This document shows, piece after piece, positions 30,490 to 41,884 of a DNA stretch of 64,000 nt; position 1 is the first letter of the stretch, and the number at the start of each line of letters is the position of its first letter. Origin of the DNA: Prochlorococcus sp. AG-402-B19 (GTDB taxonomy: Bacteria; Cyanobacteriota; Cyanobacteriia; PCC-6307; Cyanobiaceae). A model generated the notes under the pieces. It had not been told where the DNA came from. It worked only from the letters and a program-made list of their open reading frames with translations, and searched no databases. The translations under genes were made by a program, and so were the position numbers. Where the stretch lies: contig QCHM01000003.1 of assembly GCA_003279615.1 (NCBI GenBank), positions 12,908-76,907 on the forward strand, written 5' to 3'.

Positions 30490-32652
30490 TTGTCTACCTA
30501 CCTTTTAGAAATCGGCACTGAGGAATTACCAGCTGATTTAGCTGAATCAGTTATTTCCCAGCTTGAGTTAAATGTAAATAATGATTTGAATTCTTCTCAA
30601 ATAAAATTCAGTAAAATTAGAGTTACGACTACTCCCAGAAGAATTGCATTAAGTATTGAAGGGATTGCTTCATTTTCTGAAGATAATATTGCAGAACGAA
30701 AAGGCCCCCCTGTTTCTCAAGCTTTTAATGATGGAAAACCTACAAAAGCAGCCATTGGTTTTGCAAGAAGATATGACCTTTCCCCTGAAAAATTAGAGAT
30801 TCGAGAAACACCAAAGGGTTCATTTGTTTTCGCTAAATCAATTGAGAAAGGCAAGCCAGTAGAGAGTTTGTTGGCTGGCTATTTACCAGGATGGATCAGC
30901 AAAATTCAAGGAAGAAGGTTTATGAGATGGGGCGAAGGTGATTTTCGCTTTTCGAGACCCATACGTTGGATTGTTTCTTTGATTGACTCAGAAATTTTGC
31001 CTTTTAGAATTTCGGGGTGCGATCCAGAAATTCAAATTGGTAATACCTCTAGACCACATAGGTTGCGTGGTTCAAAATTAGAAATAAAGAATGCGACAAC
31101 TTATATAGATCAATTACGTGATGTCGGAGTAACTGTTGACAGGAATAGTCGCTTATCACATATCAATGATTTAGTTCTTAATCACGAAATAAATAAAAAA
31201 GTTAAGCCAGATCTGACTGAACCCCTTTTAAATGAGCTTACAGATCTAGTTGAGTCTCCTTTGCTTATTACTGGGAGTTTTGACGAATCTTTCCTTGATT
31301 TGCCTCCTGAGGTTTTATCCACAGTGATGAAGGTTCATCAAAGGTACATACCTTTATATAAAGCAAATGTTGAATTTGATCCATTATCACTTCATTCTAG
31401 AGATATTTTATTTCCTGGTTTCTTATGCATTAGTAATGGATTATCTTCAGCAAAAGAAAATATTATTTTAGGAAATGAAAAAGTACTTAAGGCAAGATTT
31501 TCCGATGCTTCATTCTTTATAAAGTCAGATCTATTGATCAGTAGCTCTGCCCGTATTGATAAATTAAAAGATGTAACTTTTTCTGAAGGATTAGGTTCTT
31601 TATATGACCGTGTAAATCGGATTGAATGGCTTACTAAATTAGTGACATCAAAACTTAAATTCGCTCAAGAAAATATTGATAAATCTGTTAAAGTTGCCCA
31701 TTTTTCTAAACATGATTTGGTTAGCAATATGGTTGGTGAATTCCCAGAGTTGCAAGGAATTATTGGATCAAAATACTTACTCCATGAAGGAGAAGAAAAA
31801 GACGTCTGCCTTGCTGTTTTGGAGCATTACAAGCCTAAAGGAACTTTAGATTCCCTTCCTTCAAACAACTTCGGAAATGCAGTTTCGTTGGCTGAACGTT
31901 TTGAATTGCTTTTTAGTATTTATGCTAAGGGTGAAAGACCTTCTGGCTCATCTGATCCATATGCTTTAAGAAGAGCTGCCAATGGAATACTGTTGATTTT
32001 ATGGAAAAAAGATTGGAAACTAAATATAAATGAAATACTAAAAGATTCATTAATTTATTGGCAACAACTTTTCCCTAATCTTTCTTTTGAAATAAGTAGT
32101 CTTTCACGCGAGTTAATGGAATTCTTTCGTCAAAGAATTATTAGCTTATTAGAAGAGAAAAATATCGATTTTGATATTATTCAAGCAATTGCAGGAGAGA
32201 CAAATTCAACTTCAAAATTATTAGATGATCCCACAGATGTTGATTTTCGTTCTTCATTATTAATGGATATGAGGAACAATAATACACTTAATCTTTTGCA
32301 GGCTGTAGTTACTCGAGCTTCTAAGTTGGCAGCTAAAAGTTCTATCCCAAAAGATGTGATTGACCCTTTAGATTTTGTGGATAAGTCATTATTTGAAAAG
32401 GGTTGTGAAAACGAAATGTTTAATGTCTTGGAAAAATTAAAACCTCTAGCTATAAATGCTAATCGTGTTAAATATAAGTTGTTGGCTGATGGCTTGGTTT
32501 CAAGTGCTGAAACCTTGGCTAACTTTTTTGATGGAGAAGGAAGTGTAATGGTTATGACTGATGATATTAATTTAAGAAATAATAGGCTCAATCTATTGAC
32601 AGTTCTTAGAAATCAGTCTTTAATTCTTGCTGATTTCAGCAAGCTTAATTAA
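30490..32652 (+). CDS. glyS: Glycine-tRNA ligase beta subunit
   Basis: LLEIGTEELP, TPRR, MRWG, RPIRW, MVGEFPELQG and SGSSDPYALRR motifs. Confidence 0.96.
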   Translation: MSTYLLEIGTEELPADLAESVISQLELNVNNDLNSSQIKFSKIRVTTTPRRIALSIEGIASFSEDNIAERKGPPVSQAFNDGKPTKAAIGFARRYDLSPEKLEIRETPKGSFVFAKSIEKGKPVESLLAGYLPGWISKIQGRRFMRWGEGDFRFSRPIRWIVSLIDSEILPFRISGCDPEIQIGNTSRPHRLRGSKLEIKNATTYIDQLRDVGVTVDRNSRLSHINDLVLNHEINKKVKPDLTEPLLNELTDLVESPLLITGSFDESFLDLPPEVLSTVMKVHQRYIPLYKANVEFDPLSLHSRDILFPGFLCISNGLSSAKENIILGNEKVLKARFSDASFFIKSDLLISSSARIDKLKDVTFSEGLGSLYDRVNRIEWLTKLVTSKLKFAQENIDKSVKVAHFSKHDLVSNMVGEFPELQGIIGSKYLLHEGEEKDVCLAVLEHYKPKGTLDSLPSNNFGNAVSLAERFELLFSIYAKGERPSGSSDPYALRRAANGILLILWKKDWKLNINEILKDSLIYWQQLFPNLSFEISSLSRELMEFFRQRIISLLEEKNIDFDIIQAIAGETNSTSKLLDDPTDVDFRSSLLMDMRNNNTLNLLQAVVTRASKLAAKSSIPKDVIDPLDFVDKSLFEKGCENEMFNVLEKLKPLAINANRVKYKLLADGLVSSAETLANFFDGEGSVMVMTDDINLRNNRLNLLTVLRNQSLILADFSKLN

Positions 32653-32673
32653 ATAATACAATTAAAATTTGTA

Positions 32674-34008
32674 TTATTTTTTACTGGTTTTTATACCACC
32701 TTTAATTGAACTTACCGCTAACATTTTATTAACTTCTTTATCATCTCTAACTGCACTTGGTACTGGCTTGTATGTGCTTGGTGCTAATGCCTTTCCTCTT
32801 AAAACAGAACCAATAGTTAGTAGAGTAAGTTTTAATTGTTGAAGAGGCTTCATGGCAACTACAGTTTTGTAGAGATAACTATCAAATGTAAGTCTTTGAA
32901 CATCCATATCACCACACATCTCTACAAAAGCTTCCCTTGCTCCATCACTGGTGTAGAAGATTCTTTGGAGAATATCTAAAACTGTATAAGTAGTTCCATA
33001 CTTTTTATCCCATTTTTTTAAATATTTTTTGAGATCATTTTCTGTAGGAATTATTTTTCCATTTTGGCTTGATTCGACAATTTGCTCGGCACACATCCTT
33101 CCACTTTTGGCAGCGAAATAAATTCCTTCTCCTGAACTTTTGGTTACATAACCTGCGGCATCCCCAACTAGAGCCATTCTTCCCACAACTCTTCTTGGCC
33201 TGGGATGCTCAGGAATTGGATGAGCTTCTACTTTGATTACTTCTCCATTTACAAGTCTCTTCTTTGCCCTTTCTCTTACACCAATTTGTAGGCTTTTTAT
33301 TAAACCACCATTTTGTTTCATTGTTCCTGTCCCAGCAGCAACATGGTCGTATTTTGGAAAGACCCAACCATAGAAATCTGGTGATACATCTGTCCCTACG
33401 TACATTTCAGCCCTGTCTTCGTAATACTTCATTTCCTCTTTAGGAAGTTTTATTCTTTCTTGAATTGCTACTGCATAGTTGTAATCACCAGCATCCATTG
33501 CTTTTGCTACTCTGCTTGTTGCGCCATCGGCCCCTACAATTAAATCAACCTCGAGTTGCTTGCCTTTCTCTTCAGATTGGTCATTAAGCACTTCGGTGTA
33601 ATGGAGCGTATATGGACCTTGTTTGTTAGCACCAGTTTCTATTTTTGATACTAATCCATTTACTAAGGTTGCACCAAGTTCTGCGGCGCGATTTCTCATA
33701 AATGAATCCATTACTTCCCTCCTCAACATGCCTATATATTCTTTGTCGCTTCCTGGATAAATGTCATCCAAAATAATATCTACTTCTCTATTTGAAGGGG
33801 ATATCATTTTCATGTTCCTGACTTTCCTATCAATAATTGATTCAGGAAGATCAAATTCTGAAACCATACACAATGGAATTGCTCCTCCACATGGTTTTGC
33901 ATTATCAAGCTTTCTCTCGAAAATCCAAGTTTTTATCCCTGCTTTAGCCAAAATTTCTGCAGCGCATGATCCACTTGGACCACCACCAATAACAGCAACT
34001 CTTAACAT
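32674..34008 (-). CDS. chlP: Geranylgeranyl reductase
   Basis: VIGGGPSG, AKPCGGAIP and GDAAG..SGEGIYFA motifs. Confidence 0.96.
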   Translation of the reverse strand: MLRVAVIGGGPSGSCAAEILAKAGIKTWIFERKLDNAKPCGGAIPLCMVSEFDLPESIIDRKVRNMKMISPSNREVDIILDDIYPGSDKEYIGMLRREVMDSFMRNRAAELGATLVNGLVSKIETGANKQGPYTLHYTEVLNDQSEEKGKQLEVDLIVGADGATSRVAKAMDAGDYNYAVAIQERIKLPKEEMKYYEDRAEMYVGTDVSPDFYGWVFPKYDHVAAGTGTMKQNGGLIKSLQIGVRERAKKRLVNGEVIKVEAHPIPEHPRPRRVVGRMALVGDAAGYVTKSSGEGIYFAAKSGRMCAEQIVESSQNGKIIPTENDLKKYLKKWDKKYGTTYTVLDILQRIFYTSDGAREAFVEMCGDMDVQRLTFDSYLYKTVVAMKPLQQLKLTLLTIGSVLRGKALAPSTYKPVPSAVRDDKEVNKMLAVSSIKGGIKTSKK

Positions 34009-34145
34009 CTTTGGATGAAAAATTTAGTTCTCTATATATAAAACTTACATCCTTATCTCATAGAAAGTATAAAGATTGGAGATACTCGTTACTATCGAAA
34101 CATCATTTTTGTGAATTCCAATTGTTTTGACCATAAGCGGAGCGT

Positions 34146-34856
34146 ATGAATTATCAAGATGACATCCCACTTGCTAAAAGGGTTAAATCCATTAAAACCA
34201 TTACTATCAAATCTTTTTTGCGTATTGGACTTCTATCGATTGCTCTTGGTATATCGTTGACTTATCTAGCTACTAAATCAGTTTTACGACAAACAAAGTT
34301 TTTAAATAATGAGAATAACTTAATTGAAGAAACCAAAGACCTAAGTTTATTAGGCCACCTTCCATACCCTGAGGCTTCAATAGATGAGTTGATTCTCTAT
34401 TCACCAGGTATTTACGTTCATAAAGATATTTATGAGAACCTAAAAGAAATGCAATTTAGGGCTGCTCAAAAAGGAATATCTCTTCAATTATTAAGTGGAT
34501 ATAGATCAATTAATCTGCAAAAAGATATTTTTTATGAAAATAAATCCATTAGAAATCAAACTGCAGTTGAAAGATCAATGGTCTCAGCTCCTCCTGGTTA
34601 TTCTGAACACAGCACAGGATATGCAATAGATGTGGGTGATGGGGATTTTCCCAATACTCATTTTGAGGTTGAGTTTGAACAAACGCCTGCTTTTAAATGG
34701 ATGAAGAAGTTTGCTACTAAGTATCATTTCGTCCTTTCTTTCCCACCCAATAATAAACAAGGAGTAACTTACGAGCCTTGGCATTGGAGATTTGAGGGGA
34801 CAGTTAATGCTTTGAGGAAATTTGAAGCTGCCAATAAAATTACAAAATTCAAATGA
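34146..34856 (+). CDS. D-Ala-D-Ala carboxypeptidase (M15B, VanY-like)
   Basis: N-terminal TM, SGYRS, APPGYSEHSTGYAID and YEPWHWR motifs. Confidence 0.9.
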   Translation: MNYQDDIPLAKRVKSIKTITIKSFLRIGLLSIALGISLTYLATKSVLRQTKFLNNENNLIEETKDLSLLGHLPYPEASIDELILYSPGIYVHKDIYENLKEMQFRAAQKGISLQLLSGYRSINLQKDIFYENKSIRNQTAVERSMVSAPPGYSEHSTGYAIDVGDGDFPNTHFEVEFEQTPAFKWMKKFATKYHFVLSFPPNNKQGVTYEPWHWRFEGTVNALRKFEAANKITKFK

Positions 34857-34990
34857 GTTTTACTTCATAATTTTGTATTTTTACTTTTTATTCGATATTT
34901 TTATTGGCATTTAAAAACAGCTAAATTAAGTCATGGTGAGATATTCTTTATGTTTCTATTAGCCAAAAGAATTTTAAATTTTTTTAAATC

Positions 34991-36793
34991 ATGAGTTTTG
35001 ATATACAGGCCATAAGGAATATCGCAATCATCGCTCATGTTGATCATGGGAAGACAACTTTGGTTGATGCTCTTCTCAATCAATCTGGTACTTTTCGCGA
35101 CAATGAGGAGGTCCCAACATGTGTAATGGATTCAAATGATTTGGAACGTGAGAGAGGCATAACTATTCTCTCGAAAAATACTGCTGTTACTTATAACGAT
35201 ACCCGAATAAATATTGTTGATACTCCTGGACACGCTGATTTTGGGGGAGAAGTCGAAAGGGTTTTGGGCATGGTTGATGGCTGTCTACTTGTTGTTGATG
35301 CTAATGAGGGGCCAATGCCTCAGACACGTTTCGTACTAAAAAAAGCTTTAGAGCAAGGTTTGAGACCTATTGTTTTTGTAAATAAGATTGATCGCGCAAG
35401 GGTAGAACCTGAAACAGCCGTAGATAAAGTATTAGATCTATTCTTGGAACTTGGCGCCGATGATGATCAGTGCGATTTTCCATATTTGTTTGGTAGTGGA
35501 TTAGGTGGCTTCGCCAAGACAGAAGTAAAAAATGAAAGCGATAATATGAAACCTTTATTTGATGCAATTATTAGGCAAGTTCCTCCACCAGTTGGAGATC
35601 AAAATAAGCCTTTACAATTACAGGTCACTACACTTGATTATTCAGATTTTTTAGGAACAATCATTATTGGAAGAGTTCATAATGGAGTAATTAAAAATGG
35701 TCAAAGGGCCAGTTTGATAAAAGAGGATGGAAGTTTAAAAAAAGGGAGGATAAATAAATTATTAGGATTTAAGGGATTAAAAAGAATTGAAATTGATGAA
35801 GCCAATGCTGGAGATATTGTTGCACTCGCTGGATTCGATGATGTATCTATTGGTGAAACCGTAGCCTGTCCTGATGAACCAAAGCCGTTACCTCTAATCA
35901 AGGTAGATGAACCCACATTACAGATGACGTTCGTCGTAAATGATTCACCATTTGCAGGGAAAGAGGGGAAGTTTGTAACAAGTCGACAGCTTAAGGATCG
36001 CTTAAAGAAGGAGCTTCTTACGAATGTTGCATTGAGAGTAGAAGATACAGATTCTCCTGATCGTTTTTCTGTTAGTGGAAGAGGTGAGTTACATCTTGGT
36101 ATTCTTATAGAGACAATGCGAAGAGAGGGGTATGAATTTCAAGTCTCTCAACCACAAGTCATTTTTAGGACAATAGATGAAATCAGATGTGAACCTGTTG
36201 AGACATTGGTCCTAGATGTACCAGAGGCTTCTATTGGAGCCTGTATTGAAAGCTTAGGAGTCAGAAAAGGTGAAATGCAAAACATGGAAACAGGAGCTGA
36301 TCATCGAACGCAACTTGAATTTCTTATTCCATCAAGAGGCTTGATTGGTTTTAGGGGGGAATTTATTCGTGCAACAAGAGGTGAAGGGATTATGAGCCAC
36401 TCATTTTTCGAGTACAGGCCATCTTTGGGGGATTTTGAGCAAAGACGGAATGGAGTCCTTATTTCATTTGAAGAAGGCGTTGCAACATTTTATTCCTTAA
36501 AAAATGCAGAAGATCGTGGACAGTTTTTTATTACTCCAGGAGCAAAAGTTTATAAAGGAATGATTATTGGGGAGAATAATCGCCCACAAGATCTTGAATT
36601 AAATATTTGTAAAGCTAAACAACTCACCAATATGCGTTCAGCGGGTGCGGATGAACTAGATCAATTGCAATCGCCAATTGAAATGACATTAGAAAGAGCT
36701 CTTGAATACATTGGACCAGGTGAGATGTTGGAAGTTACTCCAGAATCTATAAGGCTCAGAAAAATGAATGCTAAGAAAAGTTTGAAGAAATAA
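34991..36793 (+). CDS. typA: Translational GTPase TypA/BipA
   Basis: [26 protein letters not shown] and GRGELHL motifs. Confidence 0.97.
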   Translation: MSFDIQAIRNIAIIAHVDHGKTTLVDALLNQSGTFRDNEEVPTCVMDSNDLERERGITILSKNTAVTYNDTRINIVDTPGHADFGGEVERVLGMVDGCLLVVDANEGPMPQTRFVLKKALEQGLRPIVFVNKIDRARVEPETAVDKVLDLFLELGADDDQCDFPYLFGSGLGGFAKTEVKNESDNMKPLFDAIIRQVPPPVGDQNKPLQLQVTTLDYSDFLGTIIIGRVHNGVIKNGQRASLIKEDGSLKKGRINKLLGFKGLKRIEIDEANAGDIVALAGFDDVSIGETVACPDEPKPLPLIKVDEPTLQMTFVVNDSPFAGKEGKFVTSRQLKDRLKKELLTNVALRVEDTDSPDRFSVSGRGELHLGILIETMRREGYEFQVSQPQVIFRTIDEIRCEPVETLVLDVPEASIGACIESLGVRKGEMQNMETGADHRTQLEFLIPSRGLIGFRGEFIRATRGEGIMSHSFFEYRPSLGDFEQRRNGVLISFEEGVATFYSLKNAEDRGQFFITPGAKVYKGMIIGENNRPQDLELNICKAKQLTNMRSAGADELDQLQSPIEMTLERALEYIGPGEMLEVTPESIRLRKMNAKKSLKK

Positions 36794-37173
36794 TGACTCT
36801 TTCAGATAAACAAGATGAATCATTTATAAATGATTCTCGCTTTGAGATAGGAATGATGTTATTTAATTCTTCTCAGTGGTATAAATCTCATGATGTCTTT
36901 GAAGAAATATGGCACGAGACTGGTGGACCTGAAAGGCAGCTATTACAAGGTATATTGCAAGTTGCTGTTGCAGAATTACATTTAGAAAATAGCAATATAA
37001 ATGGGGCTACGATTCTTTATGGAGAAGCTTTGGGCAGATTAAAAAAATATTATTTACCTGGTTTTGGATTAGATATTGTAAGACTTTGTAAATGTATTAC
37101 TAAAAGATTGGAATTTCTACAAATTGGAAAGGATATATCTGAATGCAGCTTGCCTGTTCTATATTTACTTTGA
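36793..37173 (+). CDS. DUF309 family protein
   Basis: FN..WY-x-SHDVFEEIW and LQGILQVAVA motifs; TAATG overlap with typA. Confidence 0.85.
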   Translation: MTLSDKQDESFINDSRFEIGMMLFNSSQWYKSHDVFEEIWHETGGPERQLLQGILQVAVAELHLENSNINGATILYGEALGRLKKYYLPGFGLDIVRLCKCITKRLEFLQIGKDISECSLPVLYLL

Positions 37174-37328
37174 TAATATTTTTGCTGTTTAAAAATCTTA
37201 AATTAATAAATTTATTTCTTCATATTATTTACTTTTCTGATGTTTTGTTTATTTCTAATATGACTAAAACAAAAACTAATAAGATTATGAATTCAAATCA
37301 TACACATAGAAATTTCATCTGAATCATA

Positions 37329-38885
37329 ATGGAACTTAAACGAATTGCAAAAATACAATTACCTGACCAACATTTTTATGAGATTTTTATTCCTATTTTA
37401 TTTATAATTATAGGTTTATTTGCTGCATTTAATCATTCTCTTTGGAGAGATGAGATGCAAGGTTGGCTTGTAGCTTGGCAAAGTGATAACTTGATAGATT
37501 TGTGGAAAAATAATGCACCTTCTGGTCATCCTGTTCTTTGGTCATTATTAATTTACTTTTCAAAAAATATTACTGGAACTCCTTTAAGTATGCAATTGCT
37601 GCATTGGTCTTTAGGTAGTTCGGCTATCTTGATTTTTTGGAGATATAGTCCTTTTAATTTAACCCATAAGATTCTATTTACTTTTGGATACTACCCATTC
37701 TGGGAATATTTCTTGATTTCTCGCCATTATGTTATTGCTGAATTAATTATATTTATTTTCTGTTCTATTTATCACTTAAGGAAGAGAACTTATATACCAT
37801 TTGCTTTTTGTATAGGCCTTTTAGCTAATACACAGGCTTTTTCTTGGTCATTAGCTTTTGCGATTACTATGACACTTATATTTGATTGGATTTCTAATCC
37901 TATTCAAAGAATAAATTATATGAGAAATAAAAATTGGATTTACGATATAAGCTTAAGTTTTTGTATTTCCTTCTCTTTACTTCTCTTTGGAGCATTTAGT
38001 CTACTTCAAGTAAAGGAATCGTTAAAGCCACTTTCTTTTATTGTGGATTTTCGACATTTTCTTAGTGTTATAGGTCAGGTTTTTGGTGGATATGTACTTG
38101 TTATTCCTAGTTCAAGTAGACTTCTAGACCTTGGTATATGTGCTCTAATTACTATAATCCTATTGGCTAGTACAATTATATTTATTAGCCCCTATCGGCA
38201 GTCGCTAGTATTTTTTTCTAGTGGCTTTATATTTTTATTTCTTTTTAATTATTTTTTATATTTGGGTATTGGTTCAAGACACTATGGCTATTACTTTCTT
38301 TTAATTATTTCATCGGTTTGGTTGTTCTTATCTAATAAAGATCAGCAATTAGCCTATTCAAATCATGAAAGTTTTTTCACTAAGGGTAATTTATTTTATT
38401 TCCCTCGAATACTCACTTTTTGTTTAACAATACATATGGTTGTAGGTATTCATATGGTCTTTAATGATTTTCTTTTACCATATTCAACTGGAAAAGAGAC
38501 GGCTCAATATATACAGACTAAGGGATGGCAAGATTCTCCAATATTTGCAACGAGAGATGTTGAAGTCGTTAGTGTATCTGGATATCTTAATAGAGAATTT
38601 TACTTTCCTGAATTGAAAGGATTTGGAAGTTATGCCCAGTGGGCAAATAGGGTAAATATTGATAGAAGTAAGACACTCGATGAAGTTCAGGTTTATTTAG
38701 ATAAATTCCCAAAAGTTAATAAATTATTACTAATTTTGAGTAATGGCTCATCCATTAAGAATTTGAAACCAGGTGAATCTTTTTACTTTGATAAATTTAG
38801 TGTAAGAGCTGATTCTAAATTTGAGAATTCTTATATTGATTCAGAAAGGTTTTACTTATATTGGGTAGAGAGGATTATTGATTAA
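37329..38885 (+). CDS. Polytopic membrane protein, probable GT-C fold glycosyltransferase
   Basis: About 11-13 TM segments, first-loop LWRDE and GHP-x-LW, ISRHY, late R-HY, and a soluble C-terminal domain. Confidence 0.65.
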   Translation: MELKRIAKIQLPDQHFYEIFIPILFIIIGLFAAFNHSLWRDEMQGWLVAWQSDNLIDLWKNNAPSGHPVLWSLLIYFSKNITGTPLSMQLLHWSLGSSAILIFWRYSPFNLTHKILFTFGYYPFWEYFLISRHYVIAELIIFIFCSIYHLRKRTYIPFAFCIGLLANTQAFSWSLAFAITMTLIFDWISNPIQRINYMRNKNWIYDISLSFCISFSLLLFGAFSLLQVKESLKPLSFIVDFRHFLSVIGQVFGGYVLVIPSSSRLLDLGICALITIILLASTIIFISPYRQSLVFFSSGFIFLFLFNYFLYLGIGSRHYGYYFLLIISSVWLFLSNKDQQLAYSNHESFFTKGNLFYFPRILTFCLTIHMVVGIHMVFNDFLLPYSTGKETAQYIQTKGWQDSPIFATRDVEVVSVSGYLNREFYFPELKGFGSYAQWANRVNIDRSKTLDEVQVYLDKFPKVNKLLLILSNGSSIKNLKPGESFYFDKFSVRADSKFENSYIDSERFYLYWVERIID

Positions 38886-38960
38886 AATTGTATATGCCAG
38901 TTATAATTTATTATTGGATAATTCTTATGTATAAGCCAGCCTCATATGGGTGTTGTTGAC

Positions 38961-39686
38961 ATGACTCTACTTGTTGAGAGTTTGGAATTAACATTATCCA
39001 AAAGAACTATTGTAAACAACGTCAATCTTAATGTTAATCCAGGCGAGGTAGTTGGTCTTTTAGGCCCAAATGGAGCGGGTAAGACTAGTACTTTTAATAT
39101 GATAGTGGGTTTGATTAAGCCGAACTATGGAAATATTTATTTAGAAGGTAATTCTATAAAAAACTTTTCGATGCCAAAAAGAGTTCAATTAGGTATTGGT
39201 TATTTAGCTCAAGAACCAAGTGTTTTTAGGAATCTTACAGTTATTGAGAATTTGGAGATAGCTCTTTCTCAATCTAACTTGTCTAGATCTTTATTTAGGA
39301 AAAAGCGTGAAGAATTAATCGAGGAATTTAATTTAATTTCTTTTCTTGATCGTTATGGTCATCAACTTTCAGGAGGTGAAAGACGAAGATGCGAAGTTGC
39401 CAGGGCTCTGGCTGTTGGACGATTAGGTCCTAAGTATTTACTTTTAGATGAGCCATTTGCAGGTATTGATCCTATTGCTATTAATGATCTACAGAATTTA
39501 ATTAGGAAGCTAAAAAATAAAAATATTGGCATACTTATTACTGACCACAATGTAAGAGCTACATTAGCTATTACAAACCGTGCTTATATTCTGAATCAAG
39601 GTCAAATTCTTGCCTATGGATCCTCTGATCAACTAACTAAAAATCAAGTTGTTAGAGAGCATTATCTTGGAAATTTATTCGATTAA
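38961..39686 (+). CDS. lptB: LPS export ABC transporter ATPase
   Basis: GPNGAGKT, GYLAQEPSVF, LSGGERRR, DEPFAG-x-DP and ITDHNV motifs (ORF track start 38946). Confidence 0.93.
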   Translation: MTLLVESLELTLSKRTIVNNVNLNVNPGEVVGLLGPNGAGKTSTFNMIVGLIKPNYGNIYLEGNSIKNFSMPKRVQLGIGYLAQEPSVFRNLTVIENLEIALSQSNLSRSLFRKKREELIEEFNLISFLDRYGHQLSGGERRRCEVARALAVGRLGPKYLLLDEPFAGIDPIAINDLQNLIRKLKNKNIGILITDHNVRATLAITNRAYILNQGQILAYGSSDQLTKNQVVREHYLGNLFD

Positions 39687-39692
39687 TGATCT

Positions 39693-40880
39693 ATGTCTAA
39701 TAACGAATTTTTATTCTCTAGATTCCAAAATTTAATAGTAAGACAATTAAAAAATATCCCGTTGTTAGATAGATGGATATTTCTAGAATTATTACCACCT
39801 TTATTTTTTTCTATAGCCGCTTTTACCGTTGTTTCACTTTCGGTAGGAGTTGTTTTTGATCTAATTAGAAAAATAGTTGAGATTGGTCTGCCTTTCTCTA
39901 TAGCTATTAAGGTTCTATTGCTAAAACTACCTAGTTTTGTAGTTATTTCATTTCCTATGGCAATGCTACTTTCTACATTGCTAGCTTATGGAAGTCTTAA
40001 TGAAAATAGTGAGATCAAGGCCCTAAAAAGTATTGGAATATCAATTTATAGACTTATATTTCCAGGATTAATTTTGTCAATATTTATGTCTTATATGACT
40101 TTCATTTTTAATAATAATATTGTCCCTATTGCAAATAAAAATGCTGAAATAGTCTTAGCTAATTCCTTAGGAAGTTCTTTTGCAAATGAGCAAGGTGAAG
40201 ATATTATTTTTTCAAAGAAAGGTGAAATTTTAGATCCTTATTCCAGCTACAAGAAAAGAGGAGTTACTCATCTCTTTTATGCTTGGAAATTTGTTGGCGG
40301 AGAGATGCTGGATGTCACAGTAATTGATTTCTCAAAACTAGGCTTTACTCAAATGCTTAAGGCGAAAAAAGGAATTTGGAATAATGATAAAAAAAATTGG
40401 GAGTTTTTTGATGGAAATCTTTTGACACTTAGCCCTGATGGAAGTAATACGAGAACTAAATTCTTGCGTTTTTTATATCCATTAGGTACTGAACTTACGA
40501 ATATTGCTGAACTTCCAAAAGACGCTAACGATATGAACCTTGGAGAAGCAACTACAGCAATGGAACTATATAAAAGCAGTGGAAATATTAAAGAAGCGAG
40601 AAGAATGAAAGTAAGAATTCAAGAAAAATTTACTTTGCCAATTGCTTGTTCGGTTTTTGCTTTGATTGGTTGTAGCTTTGGAGTAATGCAAAAAAAAGGC
40701 GGAGGTAGAAGCCAAAGTTTCGGATTAAGTATCATTTTGATACTTATCTATTACATTTTGAGTTTTAGTTTTAGCTCTCTTGGAGTCAAAGGAATAATAA
40801 ATCCTTTCTTTGCTGCTTGGTCTCCTGTCTTTTTATCTATGATTGGAGGAGGTTTCTTGTTGAAAGAAGCAAGCAAATGA
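39693..40880 (+). CDS. LptF/LptG family permease
   Basis: LDRWIF-x-E, PMAMLL, SEI-x-AL-x-SIGIS and AAW-x-P motifs. Confidence 0.9.
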   Translation: MSNNEFLFSRFQNLIVRQLKNIPLLDRWIFLELLPPLFFSIAAFTVVSLSVGVVFDLIRKIVEIGLPFSIAIKVLLLKLPSFVVISFPMAMLLSTLLAYGSLNENSEIKALKSIGISIYRLIFPGLILSIFMSYMTFIFNNNIVPIANKNAEIVLANSLGSSFANEQGEDIIFSKKGEILDPYSSYKKRGVTHLFYAWKFVGGEMLDVTVIDFSKLGFTQMLKAKKGIWNNDKKNWEFFDGNLLTLSPDGSNTRTKFLRFLYPLGTELTNIAELPKDANDMNLGEATTAMELYKSSGNIKEARRMKVRIQEKFTLPIACSVFALIGCSFGVMQKKGGGRSQSFGLSIILILIYYILSFSFSSLGVKGIINPFFAAWSPVFLSMIGGGFLLKEASK

Positions 40881-40906
40881 TCTGATTTCTCTAAATAAAC
40901 ACTAGT

Positions 40907-41866
40907 TTGATTTTGTTAATGTTTACTTTTCAGTTGATAAATTTTTCTTTTGATCCTGTTGTTCTCCTAGGCCTTGCCGCTTTCTTTTCCTTATTAGTTT
41001 CATTACCTATTTCATTTTGGTCAGTTGCTGGCAGCAGCAATTCCTCCAAAGCTAGATTTTTAGTAGCAATATCCAATCTTTTTCTAACTAGTCAATTGAT
41101 ACTCAGATGGTGGCAATCAGGACATTTCCCGATTAGTAATCTCTATGAATCACTTTGTTTTTTGACTTGGGGTTGTACTTTGACTCAACTTTTTGTCGAA
41201 AGAGCATGGAGTTCTCCAATAGTTTCTGCCGTTGCGACTCCGATTTCATTGCTTTCAATAGGTTTTGCTAGCTTCGTTCTTCCAGAGAATTTACAATCCT
41301 CTGCTCCTTTGGTCCCGGCACTTCGTTCTAGTTGGTTGATAATGCATGTAAGTGTAATTATGTGTTCTTACGCTGCATTACTAATAGGTTCGATCTTGTC
41401 TTTTGGTGTATTTCTTGTTGATTGGAAAAAGCAATTTAATATCCGAAATAGCTCTTTTGGCTCTGGATCATTTAGGCAAAGTTCTCAGTTATACATAAAT
41501 GGCAAAAATGTGAACTTAAAGGCAATAGAACCGGTTCAATTTACAAATGCTGAACAACTTGATTCTTTAAGTTATAGATCAATAACGGCTGGATTTTTGT
41601 TGCTTACTCTTGGCCTTGTTAGCGGGGCTGTGTGGGCTAATGAGGCTTGGGGTAGTTGGTGGAGTTGGGATCCAAAAGAGACCTGGGCATTAATATGCTG
41701 GCTAGTTTATGCGGCTTATTTGCATACAAGGTTGACAAAGGGCTGGGAAGGTAAAAAGCCTGCAATAGTCGCTATAGCAGGCTTTTTTGTTATTATTGTT
41801 TGCTATATTGGAGTCAATCTTCTAGGTGTAGGCTTGCACAGTTATGGTTGGTTCTTTGATATATAG
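40907..41866 (+). CDS. ccsA: Cytochrome c biogenesis heme-handling protein (CcsA/ResC)
   Basis: [30 protein letters not shown] and GLHSYG motifs. Confidence 0.95.
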   Translation: MILLMFTFQLINFSFDPVVLLGLAAFFSLLVSLPISFWSVAGSSNSSKARFLVAISNLFLTSQLILRWWQSGHFPISNLYESLCFLTWGCTLTQLFVERAWSSPIVSAVATPISLLSIGFASFVLPENLQSSAPLVPALRSSWLIMHVSVIMCSYAALLIGSILSFGVFLVDWKKQFNIRNSSFGSGSFRQSSQLYINGKNVNLKAIEPVQFTNAEQLDSLSYRSITAGFLLLTLGLVSGAVWANEAWGSWWSWDPKETWALICWLVYAAYLHTRLTKGWEGKKPAIVAIAGFFVIIVCYIGVNLLGVGLHSYGWFFDI

Positions 41867-41884
41867 TGATATTTAATTAACTAC

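Noticed and set aside
32181-32591. 136-aa antisense ORF within glyS, and similar nested or antisense ORFs at 2212, 4444, 5795, 7448, 8262, 8781, 16010, 20326, 22080, 22168, 22268, 22623, 23415, 24681, 33761, 34584, 35367, 35701, 39362, 42232, 42469, 42786, 45212, 45523, 46335, 50651, 56354, 56756, 57281, 59511, 61892 and 63246
   Set aside because: All overlap well-supported genes on the other strand or in another frame and show no recognisable protein features.
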